Shown: positions 48,393-61,583, numbered from the stretch's first letter. The stretch is 64,000 nt of DNA from Lepidodermella squamata (GCA_047495785.1 JBLDXI010000021.1:2480001-2544000), one strand, 5' to 3'. A program made the numbers and translations. The notes: generated by a model not told the origin, from the sequence alone.

Positions 48393-49877
48393 TCAAGTGC
48401 CAGATCCAGTTTGTTCGGTCGAGGGCATTGTGCTGAGCACACGATCCAGCCATTGAAGCGGACCATTTAGGTGAATCTCCACCCAACAATGACAATCGGT
48501 AATGCGCTGTCGCCGATATTCGGCACCCCAGCCCTTGGCAAAGCTCATCCTTATCGAACAAGCGCTAGCGACGTTGTAAACCGCTCGGTAGCCTTGATGG
48601 ACGGCTTGATTGAGCGTTTTGGCGAACTCGGTATTGCTGAAAATATTCAGATGGTTTCCGGGTGGGATTTTAACAACGGTCAGCGGGTGCCAGCCGAAGC
48701 GTTGGTTACAGTTTAAGGATTGAACCCAAATCGCGCACTGAGAAAGGCACTCGACATGAACCTCACCGCCGATGTACCAAAGCCGCACACCCTTGCCGAT
48801 ATGACGACGCGTATCGTCCACCTTAGCTGAGCGTTCCGGGTTTGAGAAGTGACCTAAGCATAATCGGTCACTGCTGCAAGGGTCGACATATCCATCGATG
48901 GTGATAGCCCGAGGTCTTCCACTAAAAGTTCCGACTTGCTTCCCCAATTCATAATAAATAATCTGGCACCAATAAGTTGGCTCAATAAAATCCACGGCCT
49001 GCATGTTAGCTGGTCCATGGCCAGGGGGAGGCATCATCGCCATATCTAAGCCGTTTTGTTGTTGCTGCTGCTGTTGAGCGTCGGCTGCACCCGTGCTAGT
49101 TTCCATTTTCATGGACATATTTCCAGCCAAGGCCATCGAAGTGACGTCGTCAAATATCATCATGCCGTTGGATTCGATTGAAAAATCAATTTTATCATCC
49201 ATAAGTACGTCGGGTTGAATGCTAGGTATCAAATCTAAAGACAAGCAAAACAGTTGAAACATTCTTAATTCAAACTAATCATTTACTTGACAACGAATTG
49301 GTAGACTGGTCAGTAGCACGAGCGCTTGAATGCAGTTCGAGTGAAGCAGCGTTGGCGATTTTCGGCACGAACACCGGGGGTAGTCTTGGAGACATTACTT
49401 TGTCGTAATGAAAAGGGTTGATGCAAATAAGAGGCGATTGGTTGGTGGGAACGTTCGGATTCCCGCTCTGACCGGCGGAAACTTCACAGGTCTGCGCTGG
49501 CCGCAGTTCGTGAATAGTTTGAAGCATAGGCCACCTCCAGAACTGACAGCTGATCAACTGTGAATGCAAAATCGATATACAGGCTTGTCGCGTAAAAATT
49601 AACAACAAACTTGTGGTGGAGTCGGGTTGCCGTTACCATCTGATAACGTCTGGTCTTGCGCCAAGATGCTGGGAATCGTAACGCATTTCGAATTCGGGTT
49701 CTCTTCGACTATTGCACGCTCCAAATCATCAATAGCGCTATGCTTTGTGAGGTGCTTTATAATGGTCTTAATTGCACGCTCTTGCCACTCGGCATTGCTA
49801 GCCGACTCCCCAGGTCTCTTCATTTCCAGCAGCTTTTTCGACTTGTTGGGTTGAAAGATATTGTCAAACAAAGGCAT
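48393..49877 (-). CDS. Divergent R-Smad (copy A), MH1 + MH2
   Basis: [63 protein letters not shown]; ends TGSGT*. Confidence 0.92.
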
Positions 49878-50162
49878 GGTCAATTTCGTAATTTAATAAA
49901 AGACTAAAGCGAATAACAAAGCTATTGATTGCGTACCTCCCGCTTTTATGGCAAAGTAAGAACAATCAGGCCAATCAATGACATCACGGGTATCAAGAAC
50001 GTCATAACTTATTAGATCGCTTCTGAGAAAAATGTCTAAACGTTACTTAAAACTTCAATATCGGTGATAAAAGATTACAATACGCTGCGTCTGAATTAGC
50101 CCAATAAAATTTCACCGAAGCACGGGTAAGGTCTTGAGTATCTTGCTCGACACCGGTTCGTT

Positions 50163-51921
50163 TCAAGACATCGATGGACATGGACCGGCAGAATTTCCCA
50201 TTGCACGTAAAACTCTATCAAGCCATTGGAACGGGCCTGTAAATTAAAGATAAATTAAACAAAATGCATTCGGCTTTGACGCGGACAGACCGTTCAAGTG
50301 GATTTCAGTCCAACAATCACACTCAGTTACGCGTTGCCGTTTGTAGTCAGCACCCCAGCCTTTGGCAAAACTGAGCCGGATGCTGCACGCACCGGTCGAA
50401 AATCTATAAACTTCGTCGTAACCGCGATGAACAGCTTGCTCCAGTGATTTAGCAAACTCTCGGTTCGAAAATATATTCAGATGGCAGCCCGGAGGTACTT
50501 TGACAACAGCATTCGGATCCCATCCGAATCTTTGGTTGCAATTTAATGACTGAAGCCAAATTGGAAACTGAGAGAGGCATTCTACGTAAACTTCACCGCC
50601 AATATACCACAGCTTGACACCACGACCAATGCTCTGTCTTGTCTGCTCAACATGAGGAGTTCGCTCAGGATTAGAGAAATGGCCGAGACAGAGTCTATCA
50701 CTGGACGCGGGATCGACGTAGCCGTCGATAGTTATAGCGCGAGCTTTTGCGTCAAATGCTCCGACCTGATACATATCGAAAACAGAAAGTCATATTGTAT
50801 AAATCAGCTGGTAGGACTTGCAACGCCTTTTATCTAACTAGCTTAAATTACATGATAATTGGATCTTAAGATGAATATTTTGCAACACGGAATTTATCAA
50901 TTTGGAAGAGTTTGTCGCACGAAAAGCTATCAGTTTTTTATGGCGATTTTTTACAAAGAAAGCATTGAGGGATGGTTCAAAGCTTTCTTTGTTAACGGTC
51001 CAAATTGATGATTACTCATTCAATCGAATTTCAATCGATACTTACGAATAAGTATCATGGAGATTTTTACATGCTAAAATGGAATAGCAATCTTGCGGTC
51101 GAATATCATTTGTAAGAGTTGTACGATGGGTTGAGAGTGGACATCGTTCTCTAAATAAAGCTGCTCACCTGTCGACCAAGTTCATAATAAATAACGCGAC
51201 ACCAGTATTCAGGTTCTTGAAAGACGATCGGTTGGACCTCAGATGTTGGCTCCATTTTTACCATTCCAACTGATGCTTGCATACCGGGAAAATGATTAGC
51301 CGCTCCTTGGTTAGATTCCATCAACATGGATGCATAATTGTCACCATTCCACCCAGGAAAGTCAACATTTGATGCAGGAGTGGAAGGCATTTCTAGATGA
51401 TAACGGGATATACCAAAGTCCACAGTAGATGTCATATCCATGCCGTTGGAATTCCCAGGGTTGAAGTTTTGGCGAGGCACAATAATTGGCGGTAAACTAG
51501 GAGATTCGATGCGTTCATAATGAAAAGGATTTACGCATATCAATTCCTTATCGAGAAGATAATTATATGGGCAATTTCGTTGCGCTCTCAGTTCATGAAT
51601 AGACTGCAAGCTTGGCCATCGCCAAAACTGGCAAGCAATGACCGGTGGAGGATACAATACTCCGTTGTATTCCAGGGCGGGGTCTACGATTGTAGATCGA
51701 GGAATAGTAATACAATGACTATTCACATTCTCATCACAAACAGCTTTTTCTAAATCCTCAGCGGAGCTGCCTTTGGAAAGATGTTTAATGATGAAACGCA
51801 CAGCTTTCTCTTGCCACTCCAATTGGATGGAAGCATTCCATGAAGCATTAACATCTACCGGCTTTCGCAGTTCCAGCAAACGCTTTCCTTTAGGTTGGAA
51901 AATGCTGTCAAACAAAGGCAT
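50163..51921 (-). CDS. Divergent R-Smad (copy B), MH1 + MH2
   Basis: [43 protein letters not shown]; spliced last exon GPFQWLDRVLRAMGNSAGPCPSMS*. Confidence 0.92.
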
Positions 51922-53735
51922 AACTGTCTATAAACGGAAAACAGGTAAGGTATAAGAGCATTCGCTATAAAAATTCCGAACATGCTATAGGTAGTAAAAA
52001 CAAAATCAGGAAGACATAAGTTTCAAACCTCATTAGCGTTCTAAAAGAGTGATCAATCTTGCATCATTTTGCCTGATTCGTCATTTAAGCAGCATTTACA
52101 CTCATCGATGTTAACGTCTAGCCAAGCTTCTAGACAGCACATGTTTGCCACAAAAACCCAGTTTGGACCAGATTTTTGGCGATGTCACCCATCGCGTGCC
52201 AGTCTGGAGTCAGATGACAAACTCTCCAAGTCCCAAACATGATGCCAAATATAAGGGCCGAAAGGAGCAGAGAAATCGGTGAAGGTTGTCTGCAAAAATG
52301 CTCTAATTTTAATCTGATTTTTCGTGTGATTTCGAATTTTTACTATTCTGATATTGTTACGTAATACGTAATATGTCGATTACAGCACACTCCGTTTTTT
52401 CGGTCGAACCAAGCTGCAAAAATCTGCTACACCCTCGACAACGATAACTGCGTGTGTTTATTGATGCATTTGCATTTACGGATTCCACTTGTTGCTTTTT
52501 GGTAAATCGATAACGCGGTATCTGCTATATGTCGTCCACCCTTCCCATCCCCTGAGCGCTCTCAGCGTTTTTCAGCTGGATCACCTCGTACTTGTTTTAA
52601 ATGTCTTACGTCTTCTCTCCGCAACTGGTTCATATTGTGATTGCTTGCAAGTAATCCTGCATACTGAAGAATATACTATCATGTGGCTATGTGGCGTTTG
52701 ATGCTGAGAAGCAAAAGCATATCCAACATCACATTCTCGCGGTCAAATCCGTGGGGTAAAATTGACCTTTTATTTTTTGGTTTGGTTTTATAGCAGAGTT
52801 TAAACAATCCAAACTCGTCTTAAATGTTAAGGCAAAAGCCTTTTTCTATCCTGTTAATGTCTCAACCAGAGGCTAAGACGTCGTAAAAACCATCGAACAT
52901 CGACCCTTTGCTCTTAAGTATCGATATATTGAAACGTCTCATTATGAAACCAAAGTTGAGTTACTTGAGACGTGAAGCTGTGGCTGGAGATTTTCTGGAG
53001 TCAGGCTTAAAAGGGGAATATTTCTAGGTCGCGTGGTTCACAGTCATGCGCTATGTACCTCCTTCCTGAGTGAATTATTACGCAAAATTGATTACCTATG
53101 TCCTGTACTTGCTAGGGTGTGCGGAGGTGGGTGAAGGGCGAAGTCGCGTTTTTTGCTTGCCTTCTCGAAAACCCGAAAGGATATGGACTATTGACGACGC
53201 ATTATACCATCTTTTTTGACTTCCTGCATCTTGTAACTTTCCTTGCGTCAACCGACTAGAGACTTCGAACTAACATTTCTTGAGCACCGTTCAGCTCACA
53301 TTTTCTTAAAAATCTTCCTAATTCCTACCTTTTCCGCTTTTTCTGTTGTACTACTCATCATAGCTATGGCTTGAACACGTTGTAAACTCTTTAAAATGTA
53401 AATTTTTTCCTTTCCGCCGAATTCCCATTTGGTTTTGAGAGTGTCCCCATTGTTGCCCATACCTGTCGTGTTTTTATCATGCGAAACATGAGAAAAGATG
53501 CTTCAGCGTAATTATTGCTCGGAAAACGCTAGACCACTAGCCATCAGGATGCATGCTCGTGTGACTATGGTTCCTCGGAATTCTGGCCTGAGATGATATC
53601 TTAGGAGCAATACATTTTGTTGGCGTTAGAGTGTACACTTTCTCTATTTCAGAATGCAGAATTATTTTGAACTTCATGTTTTTAGTTCATTTTCAAATAA
53701 TTATTTTATCTGATCTTCCTTACGAATTCCACGAT

Positions 53736-56079
53736 ATGGCTGCAGAAATAGCTCAAACACATCTAGAATCTAAATCTGAGGTATGTTTCATTATGCTCAT
53801 TTGCATTTTTTCTACCGCGGGCCCAACTGTTTAGAGCGAACGAATGGAGGCGATCAAGGAATTACTTTCTAACTTCAAGTTGAACGATAACAGTGAATCG
53901 GGTAGCACTCGTCCAGGACTGTTGGAGATTGGCCAGCGCATGAATGCACAAATCGAACAGGGCCTATGCAAAGATGGCCAGGCCAACGCGGACATCAAAA
54001 TGTACCCTACATTTGTGGAAAGTCTACCTACGGGAAAAGGTGGGTAATTTTTCATTCCCTTTGGTATTGTTAAGCAGAGGATTGGTTTGCATACTCGGTA
54101 ATCTGCGCGATTTCGACTTGTTTATTATGCAGTATAACGATAAAATTTATTTGATACCCTCCTCGCGCTGTCGATGATGCGGGTAAACTCTGCGCTTGAC
54201 TGCTTTTGAAGCGCTATGGCCTGAATTCAGTTGCACTAAAAGTATCGTTCTACTAATTTTCAATTTCGCATTCCAAAAGCATTTGAGGGTAGGGACTCAG
54301 TTTGAGTGTGAAAGATGTTCCATGCAAAGCAAATCAGTGAGGAATCGTTGCTGGTTGCAGTTTGCTATATTCAAGATCATTATTAACCCCCCAAGGAATC
54401 GAGAAATTTGACTAAAACTGACCTATTCAGTATATTAAAAATGGATTGAAACGAGAAATATTATAAATGAGTGGCTTTTATAGCCGAATTTTTGATCATG
54501 GGGAAATAAGTCACAACAATAATTTATGGTTATGACAAATATCTTGTTATTTTAGAAACTGGAGAATATTTAGCACTTGACCTGGGCGGTACATGGTTCC
54601 GCGTCCTGTTTTTCCGCTTGAATGGTCATGGTGGCATCGAATTTGCAGCAACTCCTCACGTTCAAGCGATCCCAAAAACAATCATGCTAGGACATGGCTC
54701 ACAGTTCTTCGATTTTATCGTGTTCGCGATAGACACGCTCATCACTCGGCTTATTAATGAAGGTCAGGTCAGCATTGACGTTGACGGCAAACGAGATTTT
54801 CCACTGGGATTCACCTTTTCCTTCCCGTGCCGCCAAGTTGCGATTGACAGTGCCATTCTAACAAAGTGGACTAAGGGATTCGCATGTGAAGGTGTCCCTG
54901 GGAAAGACGTTGTCGCGCTATTGCACGAAGCGCGTGACCGAAAGAAAGACATGAAATTCACCTTCCACTGCGCCTGCCTCATCAATGACACGGTCGGTTG
55001 CTTGACCTCCCTTGCGATGTCTCGCCCAGACACGCGTGTTGGTGTCATTTTCGGAACTGGTACTAACGCATGTTACCCGGAGCGCATCGAGCGCATCGGC
55101 ACCATTCCTGAATCGTACGCATCGAAAGACAAATCTGGCGGCGTCATGCTAATAAACACCGAATGGGGCGCTTTCGGAAGCATATCAAAGTGTTTGGCGG
55201 ACGTTCGAAACTGTTACGATGAACAATTGGACCGCGAATCGCTGAATAAAGGCGAACAATTGTATGAAAAAATGATCAGCGGCATGTATATGGGCGAAAT
55301 TCTACGTCTGCTTCTCGTCGACTTGGTCAAACTAGGCCTCCTTCTTCCCGACGTACACGACCACGAAGCTCTTTCCCGGTCGGACTTATTTCAACGCAAC
55401 CAATTGCACACTAAATACTTATCTGAAATCGAAAAGTAAGCAAACTTTGGGATTTCCTCTTCCCTTAGCTTCAATTTGTTGTTCACTGGTGAATAGCGCT
55501 TACCTCTGTTGGTAGGTGTTAACACTGCTGATTTTGTGTGTTTTTGGCTGTGTATTTGGTTATATGGTGGAGGAATCTATTTAATTACATACTTTCTTCT
55601 TTCTCATCTCGAAGATATCACGCGAAATTTATTTTCTAGTGACCCCATGCCTCGCCATCCTGCGCGTAACATGATGGGCGAACTTGGCGTTGACGAAATG
55701 CTCGTATCAGACGCAGACTGCGACATCATCCACGCTGCATGCGAAGCAGTTTCAGGCCGCGCTGCGAACTTGGCTGCTGTAGGCCTTGCTACAGTTCTGA
55801 AGCGCATTGACCCTCCTAGCAGTGGTATGTTCAATGCTTTTGGATTTCCTCGCCGTGAAATAAAATGTATTTTCTTCTCCAGGCGTAATCGTGGTTGGCG
55901 TCGACGGTTCTTTAGTCCGTTTCCACCGTCATTTCCGTCAGGTTTTAGAATCGAAAACTCGTGAGCTGCTCGATGCTGTTAACTGCCAACACGTTCACTT
56001 CAAAATCGAACTCAGCGAGGATGGTTCAGGACTTGGAACAGCCGCTGTTGCCGCCGCCGCTGCTCCTAAACGGTCTTGA
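53736..56079 (+). CDS. Hexokinase (single ~50-kDa domain)
   Basis: KMYPTFV, ALDLGGTWFRV, LGFTFSFPC, KWTKGF, INDTVG, GTGTNACY, INTEWGAFG, EKMISGMYMGE, GVDGS, SEDGSGLG; five exons. Confidence 0.96.
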
Positions 56080-58445
56080 TGTCGAGGACGCCTTGTCTTA
56101 ACAGTCTGCGTGCCAGTATTGTATATCCACCGTGCGCACCATCATTTTGATAGTTGAATAAGCTGTTGACTTACTCTCGCTGTGCCTTGCCACTTTCCCT
56201 GTTCATCAATTCGTCGCCACTCATTCTACCATCCTGGCCGTTGAACTCCGTCGATCAATCAATCAGCTGACTACAATCGTCGCTCAACGGTCGTTAACCC
56301 CTGAGTTTGGTATTTCGTTGCGGAGGCTAGTCGACTGCTGCTTAGGAATAACTGCCATTTGATCTAAATAAGAGCGCGGTACGACAAAGGTGCGACACGC
56401 CCTGCTGTTAAGGCGTCTTTTTCTTGTCTTCGTCCATCTTTTCTTCAATGTTGGCTGGGCCATATTCACGGGTTCCTAGCCTCGAAATAATTTGTGTCGC
56501 TCGGCATCAACCGTCACTCTTAGGAATCTTTACCAGATATCTTCAACTAGATTCTGTGGTAGTTAAATATATTAAGCTGTTACAATTGAAGCACTTTGCC
56601 GGTGACTGGCGGTGACTAATACCACAATAAACCCGAGTTGTTTTAAGCCTGTTTTACAATTAATGGTTTTGTGGTAATGATTAATAATGAGCATTTCGTC
56701 TGTGTTATATATCGCGCTCTCTTTTAATCGTTTGTTTCTACCGTGATGCTAAATCGTGTTTGTTTTAATTCTTACGAATGGTTTTGGCAACCTTCATCCT
56801 CTTTCACTTCATGCTACCTTAAGTATGAAAATAGAGAGTTATTCTCTGCATTTACTCATTTGGAATTATTGTAGATTTGATTTCGGCATTTATTTGGCTC
56901 CGCTGCTATTACTTTTCTCAGCTATTTTTCACGAGTTAGTGTTGTCTGACTGATCTTCTCCAATTAGTTTCTTCTGTTCGGCGCCTAGCGCTTGATTGCA
57001 TGCTTTTAGCGATGTTTAGCCATTGATTGACCCGCTTCGCTGAGAATGGATATTTGATGGAGAATCGTGAAGATCATGGCTTATTCATGCCAGCGAGCAA
57101 GCACAATCCAGCATTTATGTTCAAACGAGTAATGCAAATTGTAATATATTTACCCGAAATGATGGTGTAATTGATAATAAACCTGTAAAATGTTCGTCTT
57201 GATTTTTGATGGAATATAATTTTTAACAAATCGTTTCAACTGACGGAAAAAGAAATTATAATTTATTATTATGAGATATTAACAGGAAGTTGTTCAACTT
57301 GTGAGCGACTTCCGGTGATAGCTTTGGCTATGATTTTTGAACGTTCTTACTTCTCTGTCATTATATTGCGAATGTATTGAAGATGAACTAAATTTTATAC
57401 AAAGAAGTTCATACTACTTCAATCTTCGTGCACTAATCGGTCTGAATGGTTCTGAGGTAGCCATAAGATGTGGCCAAAACACTTTGCCCCGTTACCCGTT
57501 CCCTTTTCTCATTATTTGTGAACTCGGTTAGCAATCCATTGGAAAGAAGTGTTATGGTCATATCTGAGTTGTGTTTGATATAATTTATGAGTCTCTCGAT
57601 ACTCCTTCTATGCCAGCCATTGTAATCAATAATCAGCGTTTCTGCTTGTATTATCCATATCCTTGAATGCAGTGTGAATAGAAATTGATTTACAATTTAC
57701 AGATTAATGTGTTAAAATCTATGATGTTTGAATCATAGTGCACTTACCCGGCATTTTTCGAGTATACAACACGATTAGTTGGAAACAGAATAAAAGACAA
57801 TATTTGTTCTCCTGCTCCGTGTCCTGCATGTGCTCACGTCACTTGGCATAGTTGCTTAGCGTGGGCGAAGTCACTTGTACATACAACCAGTAGTTATTAG
57901 TTATTTTTTCAGCCGCTATGGTTGCTGTCGTAGTGATCTCAATTTTCACAAAAAATCTCGGTCCACGTTTGAGACTTTGACCTATCGATTTTCGCAATTA
58001 TCATCATCCACGTATAGCTTTACATAGCTCCTGTGGTTGGTAGCAATGAGGCATAGTTGAAAAACATGATAGCCCTGCGCATGTCGGCTAGCGGATGACC
58101 AGAGCCCTGTCTGTAACAATAATGTGATAATTAAAAGATGATTTTTTCGTGCTCTCAAGGCCTAAAGCAAATGTAAAAGTCTACTGTCTACTTTGCCAAC
58201 ACTTCACAGCATTCGTACAGAAGTTCTGTTCTCCGAGAAATTTGCCGAAAATGTATATTTTTCCACAATTCCTTATTTTTAAGGGTCTGTCGAATGTAGT
58301 AGCTGGCGCAGATAGAATCAAAACTATTTGAAAGAATAATAATCCAAAATTTCAGATTTGAAAAAATTGATGAAAATTGCCGCCTGGTATTGGGCTACAT
58401 ATCGAATTGGCCAAGCTACTCGACCTATATTTTTGAGGACAATTC

Positions 58446-59718
58446 TATATTTGTATGATATAACATGAGTAGGAATCTATATTTGAGTGAAGCACGAAAT
58501 ATAGATCGAGTAAAACGAATGAAACGAGTGAAATCGAGGCGGAACGAGCCGGCAGGCGAGTGGAGACGAGATTTCACGAGGTGAATGAGTTTTACGAGAT
58601 CTATACGAGTGCTTCACGAAAATATAGGTTTCTACGAATGTTGTATCGTAAAATATTACACGTGTCTATATTTTTCGCAACGCAGAAGTATTAAAAAATA
58701 AAAAATCCAACTTAAAATTTCCCCTAAAAATGGCTTTATTCTCATTCTCGCTCATTTTTTCTCATTCGTTCGAATTTCGTCTCGTTTTGAAAGTCGATTT
58801 TCTGTCCGAACGGAATTCTGCTCGAATTTCCCGAACAAATGCTCCCAGAATTCTGCTCCGATTGGCAAAGCTGCCGCAATTGAAGCCGAATGGTTCGATA
58901 ACCCATCAACCCTGAAACCTGGTTCCTTCGAAATCAACGTTCGCGAAAACCATGCGCCTTTACAACCGAAGAAACTGGTTCGATTTGAACGACACGTTTG
59001 GTTGCGATGGAAGAAAGTCGACAGCAGTCCGTCGGAATTTCATCTCTGGATGTTGAAAATGGCTCAATTTCAGACTAGCGCGTCGCAACGGTGTTTGGTA
59101 CGTCGATGTTTTCAGCGTGATCGAATCGGAACTGTCGCTGGCAGAGTACTTCAAGTTCAATCAAGTTTCACGGTGGTGATTTCTGCGAATTGGGGTCAAA
59201 ATGCTGTCCGATTTTCTGGATTTTCTGCTCAGTGTTCGCGGCGCGTTCTATCGATCTAAGGAGACGACTTGCTGACCGTACCTGTTCGATGATCTTCTGC
59301 GCGATCCGACCCACTAATCGCTGCGAATTCATGCACAGCGGGGACGAAATGCTGCTCGATTTTCCGGAGTTTTCTGAGAAATCCTGGTTCCTACGGCCAA
59401 TATTTGCAGCCCGCCTGCCATGCTGTCCCCGTCTAAATTATTCTCAAAATTGAATTTCCCCATTTTCTTTCATAATAAATTGCGTTGCGAAAACTATATC
59501 CCTGTGTTTTTCCGTTAGACAGGCTTGGAAATGGGCATTTATATTCAAAATATAGATTTTCCAGGTCAAAAATATAGATAAACCTGAATCTATATTTCAG
59601 ATATAGATCAGAAATATAGTTCATATTCAAATCTATATTTGAAGTATGAAAAACTATAGATTTGTGTTTCAAGGTTAAAAATATAGACACAGTGTTATAT
59701 TTGTATGATATAACATGA
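58446..59718 (+). mobile_element. Non-autonomous element with a GA-mismatch hairpin and split terminal repeats (Crypton-like?)
   Basis: 23-bp direct repeat TATATTTGTATGATATAACATGA at 58446-58468 and 59696-59718. Hairpin 58447-58656. Perfect 14-bp inverted repeat 58662-58675/59677-59690. Many AATATAGA/TCTATATT motifs. No long ORF. Family assignment is inference. Confidence 0.7.
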
Positions 59719-60099
59719 CCCAGACTGGCACGGCGAAAGGGGACAACGGTGAACAAACGGGGGTGAACAAAGGGGCGAAATCGATTATTTCACCGTTGTT
59801 CAGCGGACACCCCTGTTCTCCGTTATTCACCGCTGATGACCAATTTTTTTTATGTTATTGTTATTTGTGCAAAGTTTTTTTTAGCTAATCCGTTGTTCCT
59901 CATTGTTCGCCTGTCGTCTGTCGAGTGAACAACGATGAACACGCCAGTCGTCACATCACTCATGAACACCAACGAACAAATTGTTCACGCTTGTCCTCTG
60001 TTTTCTCATCTAAACGGCAAAATGTTCGCCGTTGTTCACCGCGTTTTCGTGCCAAAACTCACTGTTCATCGTTGTTCTCCTATGCCGCGCCGGTCTGGG
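59719..60099. mobile_element. MITE with CCCAG..CTGGG termini
   Basis: TIRs CCCAGACTGGCACGGC / GCCGCGCCGGTCTGGG (14/16 match); internal GTGAACAA / TTGTTCAC repeats. Confidence 0.75.
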
Positions 60100-61583
60100 A
60101 AGCCGGGGGTATCGGTTTTTCTGGCGGAATTTCATGCCTGGTATAAATTTCTTCCAAACATGCCAGCTCAACTGAATTCGATGCCCTCTTTTGCGCGTCA
60201 ATCCGGCAAAAAATACTGCCATTTGAAAAAGTTAGCAATTTTTTACCTCGGCGCTCACCTGCGAAGAAGTGCAACCATTCTTCTTCAACGAATTCGTTTC
60301 TCATGTTTTATGTGTCGTTTTAAAGACAAGACTCAGGGCTATCTCCTGCCTTTTGAACAGTATTTCTTTCTACCAGGGTTGTGGAGAAACTCGCGCTCGA
60401 AGCCAAAAGTGTCCGAAATTAGCCTGTCCGAAAAAGGACTGCGTTACAGTATAGCTCATTTTCATTTTTGTCATTTCTATCAACGTCATCCACGCCATTT
60501 ACGGCATTTTCACGGGCTGCAAACCCGGCACTGTGTTGTGGCTCCGCAGTGACATCAACCGAGGGAGTACAGACTTGAGACATGCTATTATTACCTTCAC
60601 TCGCCGGCATTACATCAATAATAGGCGTGACCGTCGTCATCCTAATCACGGGCTTGTTTGGGTCAACAGCCTCACGTGAAACCAGGCTGCTGAGAGAACG
60701 GAAAGAGGAGAAAGAAGAAAGAAGCATCTCGGAATTCGAAAACCTCAGTACACAGCCATTTTCGCGCACTTCTTCGGCTGGCAATCTTCAAGATCCACAG
60801 TAAAGTTGGCTGGTCTAGGTCGCGAACAATTGGTGAATTGGTGAATGAACGATGAATGAAAATGCAACGCACTGCGAAAAATTAGTTTTATTCAAATCGA
60901 AGACGAACTGCGTAAAAAACAACACTCATGACTGATAAAATCGCGGGCGTCAACAACGTTTGCTCAACAAAGATTAACCAACATAATGATTTTGACAAAA
61001 GTTTCAATGCAAATTCATATGAAACAGGCAATATGAGGCCTGTAAGCTACAAGTTCTATGCGGGTGAAAACACGCGTGCAAAATTCAAGAAACATCTAGA
61101 CAGGACAACGTATCAAATTTATCGATAGGTACCCACACACAATGAAAACTTATAAAATGAATTAATGAATTTGAACGACGATATAATTCCGTGAAATATA
61201 ATATTGATTATTCCTAAGTAATGATGTACATCATCAAGGCAAGTCGGTAGAAAATAAATGATAGAAAACAGTAGAAAAATGAACAATATGCGACAATCTT
61301 GTCGGCATTATACTGAAGTCATTCAACATGGCAAACTTCGCACTGTTAGGCATGATACTGAATACAAATCATCATTAACGTCCACTACCATACATGGCAA
61401 GTGTCTACAACGAATTTTAGTTATTTCTATTGGCAGTAAAAATCCTCCTTATCATTATTTTGAGACATTGCAGGCGATGAAAGACTGAGGCGTCTATAGG
61501 ACATTCAAAGCGGGGCGATTCGGTAGAAGCCTCGCTCAAAGGTAACAGATTACCGCATCGAGCAAGAAACGTTCATGAGAGCT

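Noticed and set aside
59935-60552. 205-aa ORF
   Set aside because: Starts inside a MITE, with no transposase or other motif.
60419-60803. 73-aa single-TM ORF (+) and 121-aa ORF (-)
   Set aside because: Mutually antisense with no homology; may be SPPL3 downstream/UTR sequence; needs expression data.
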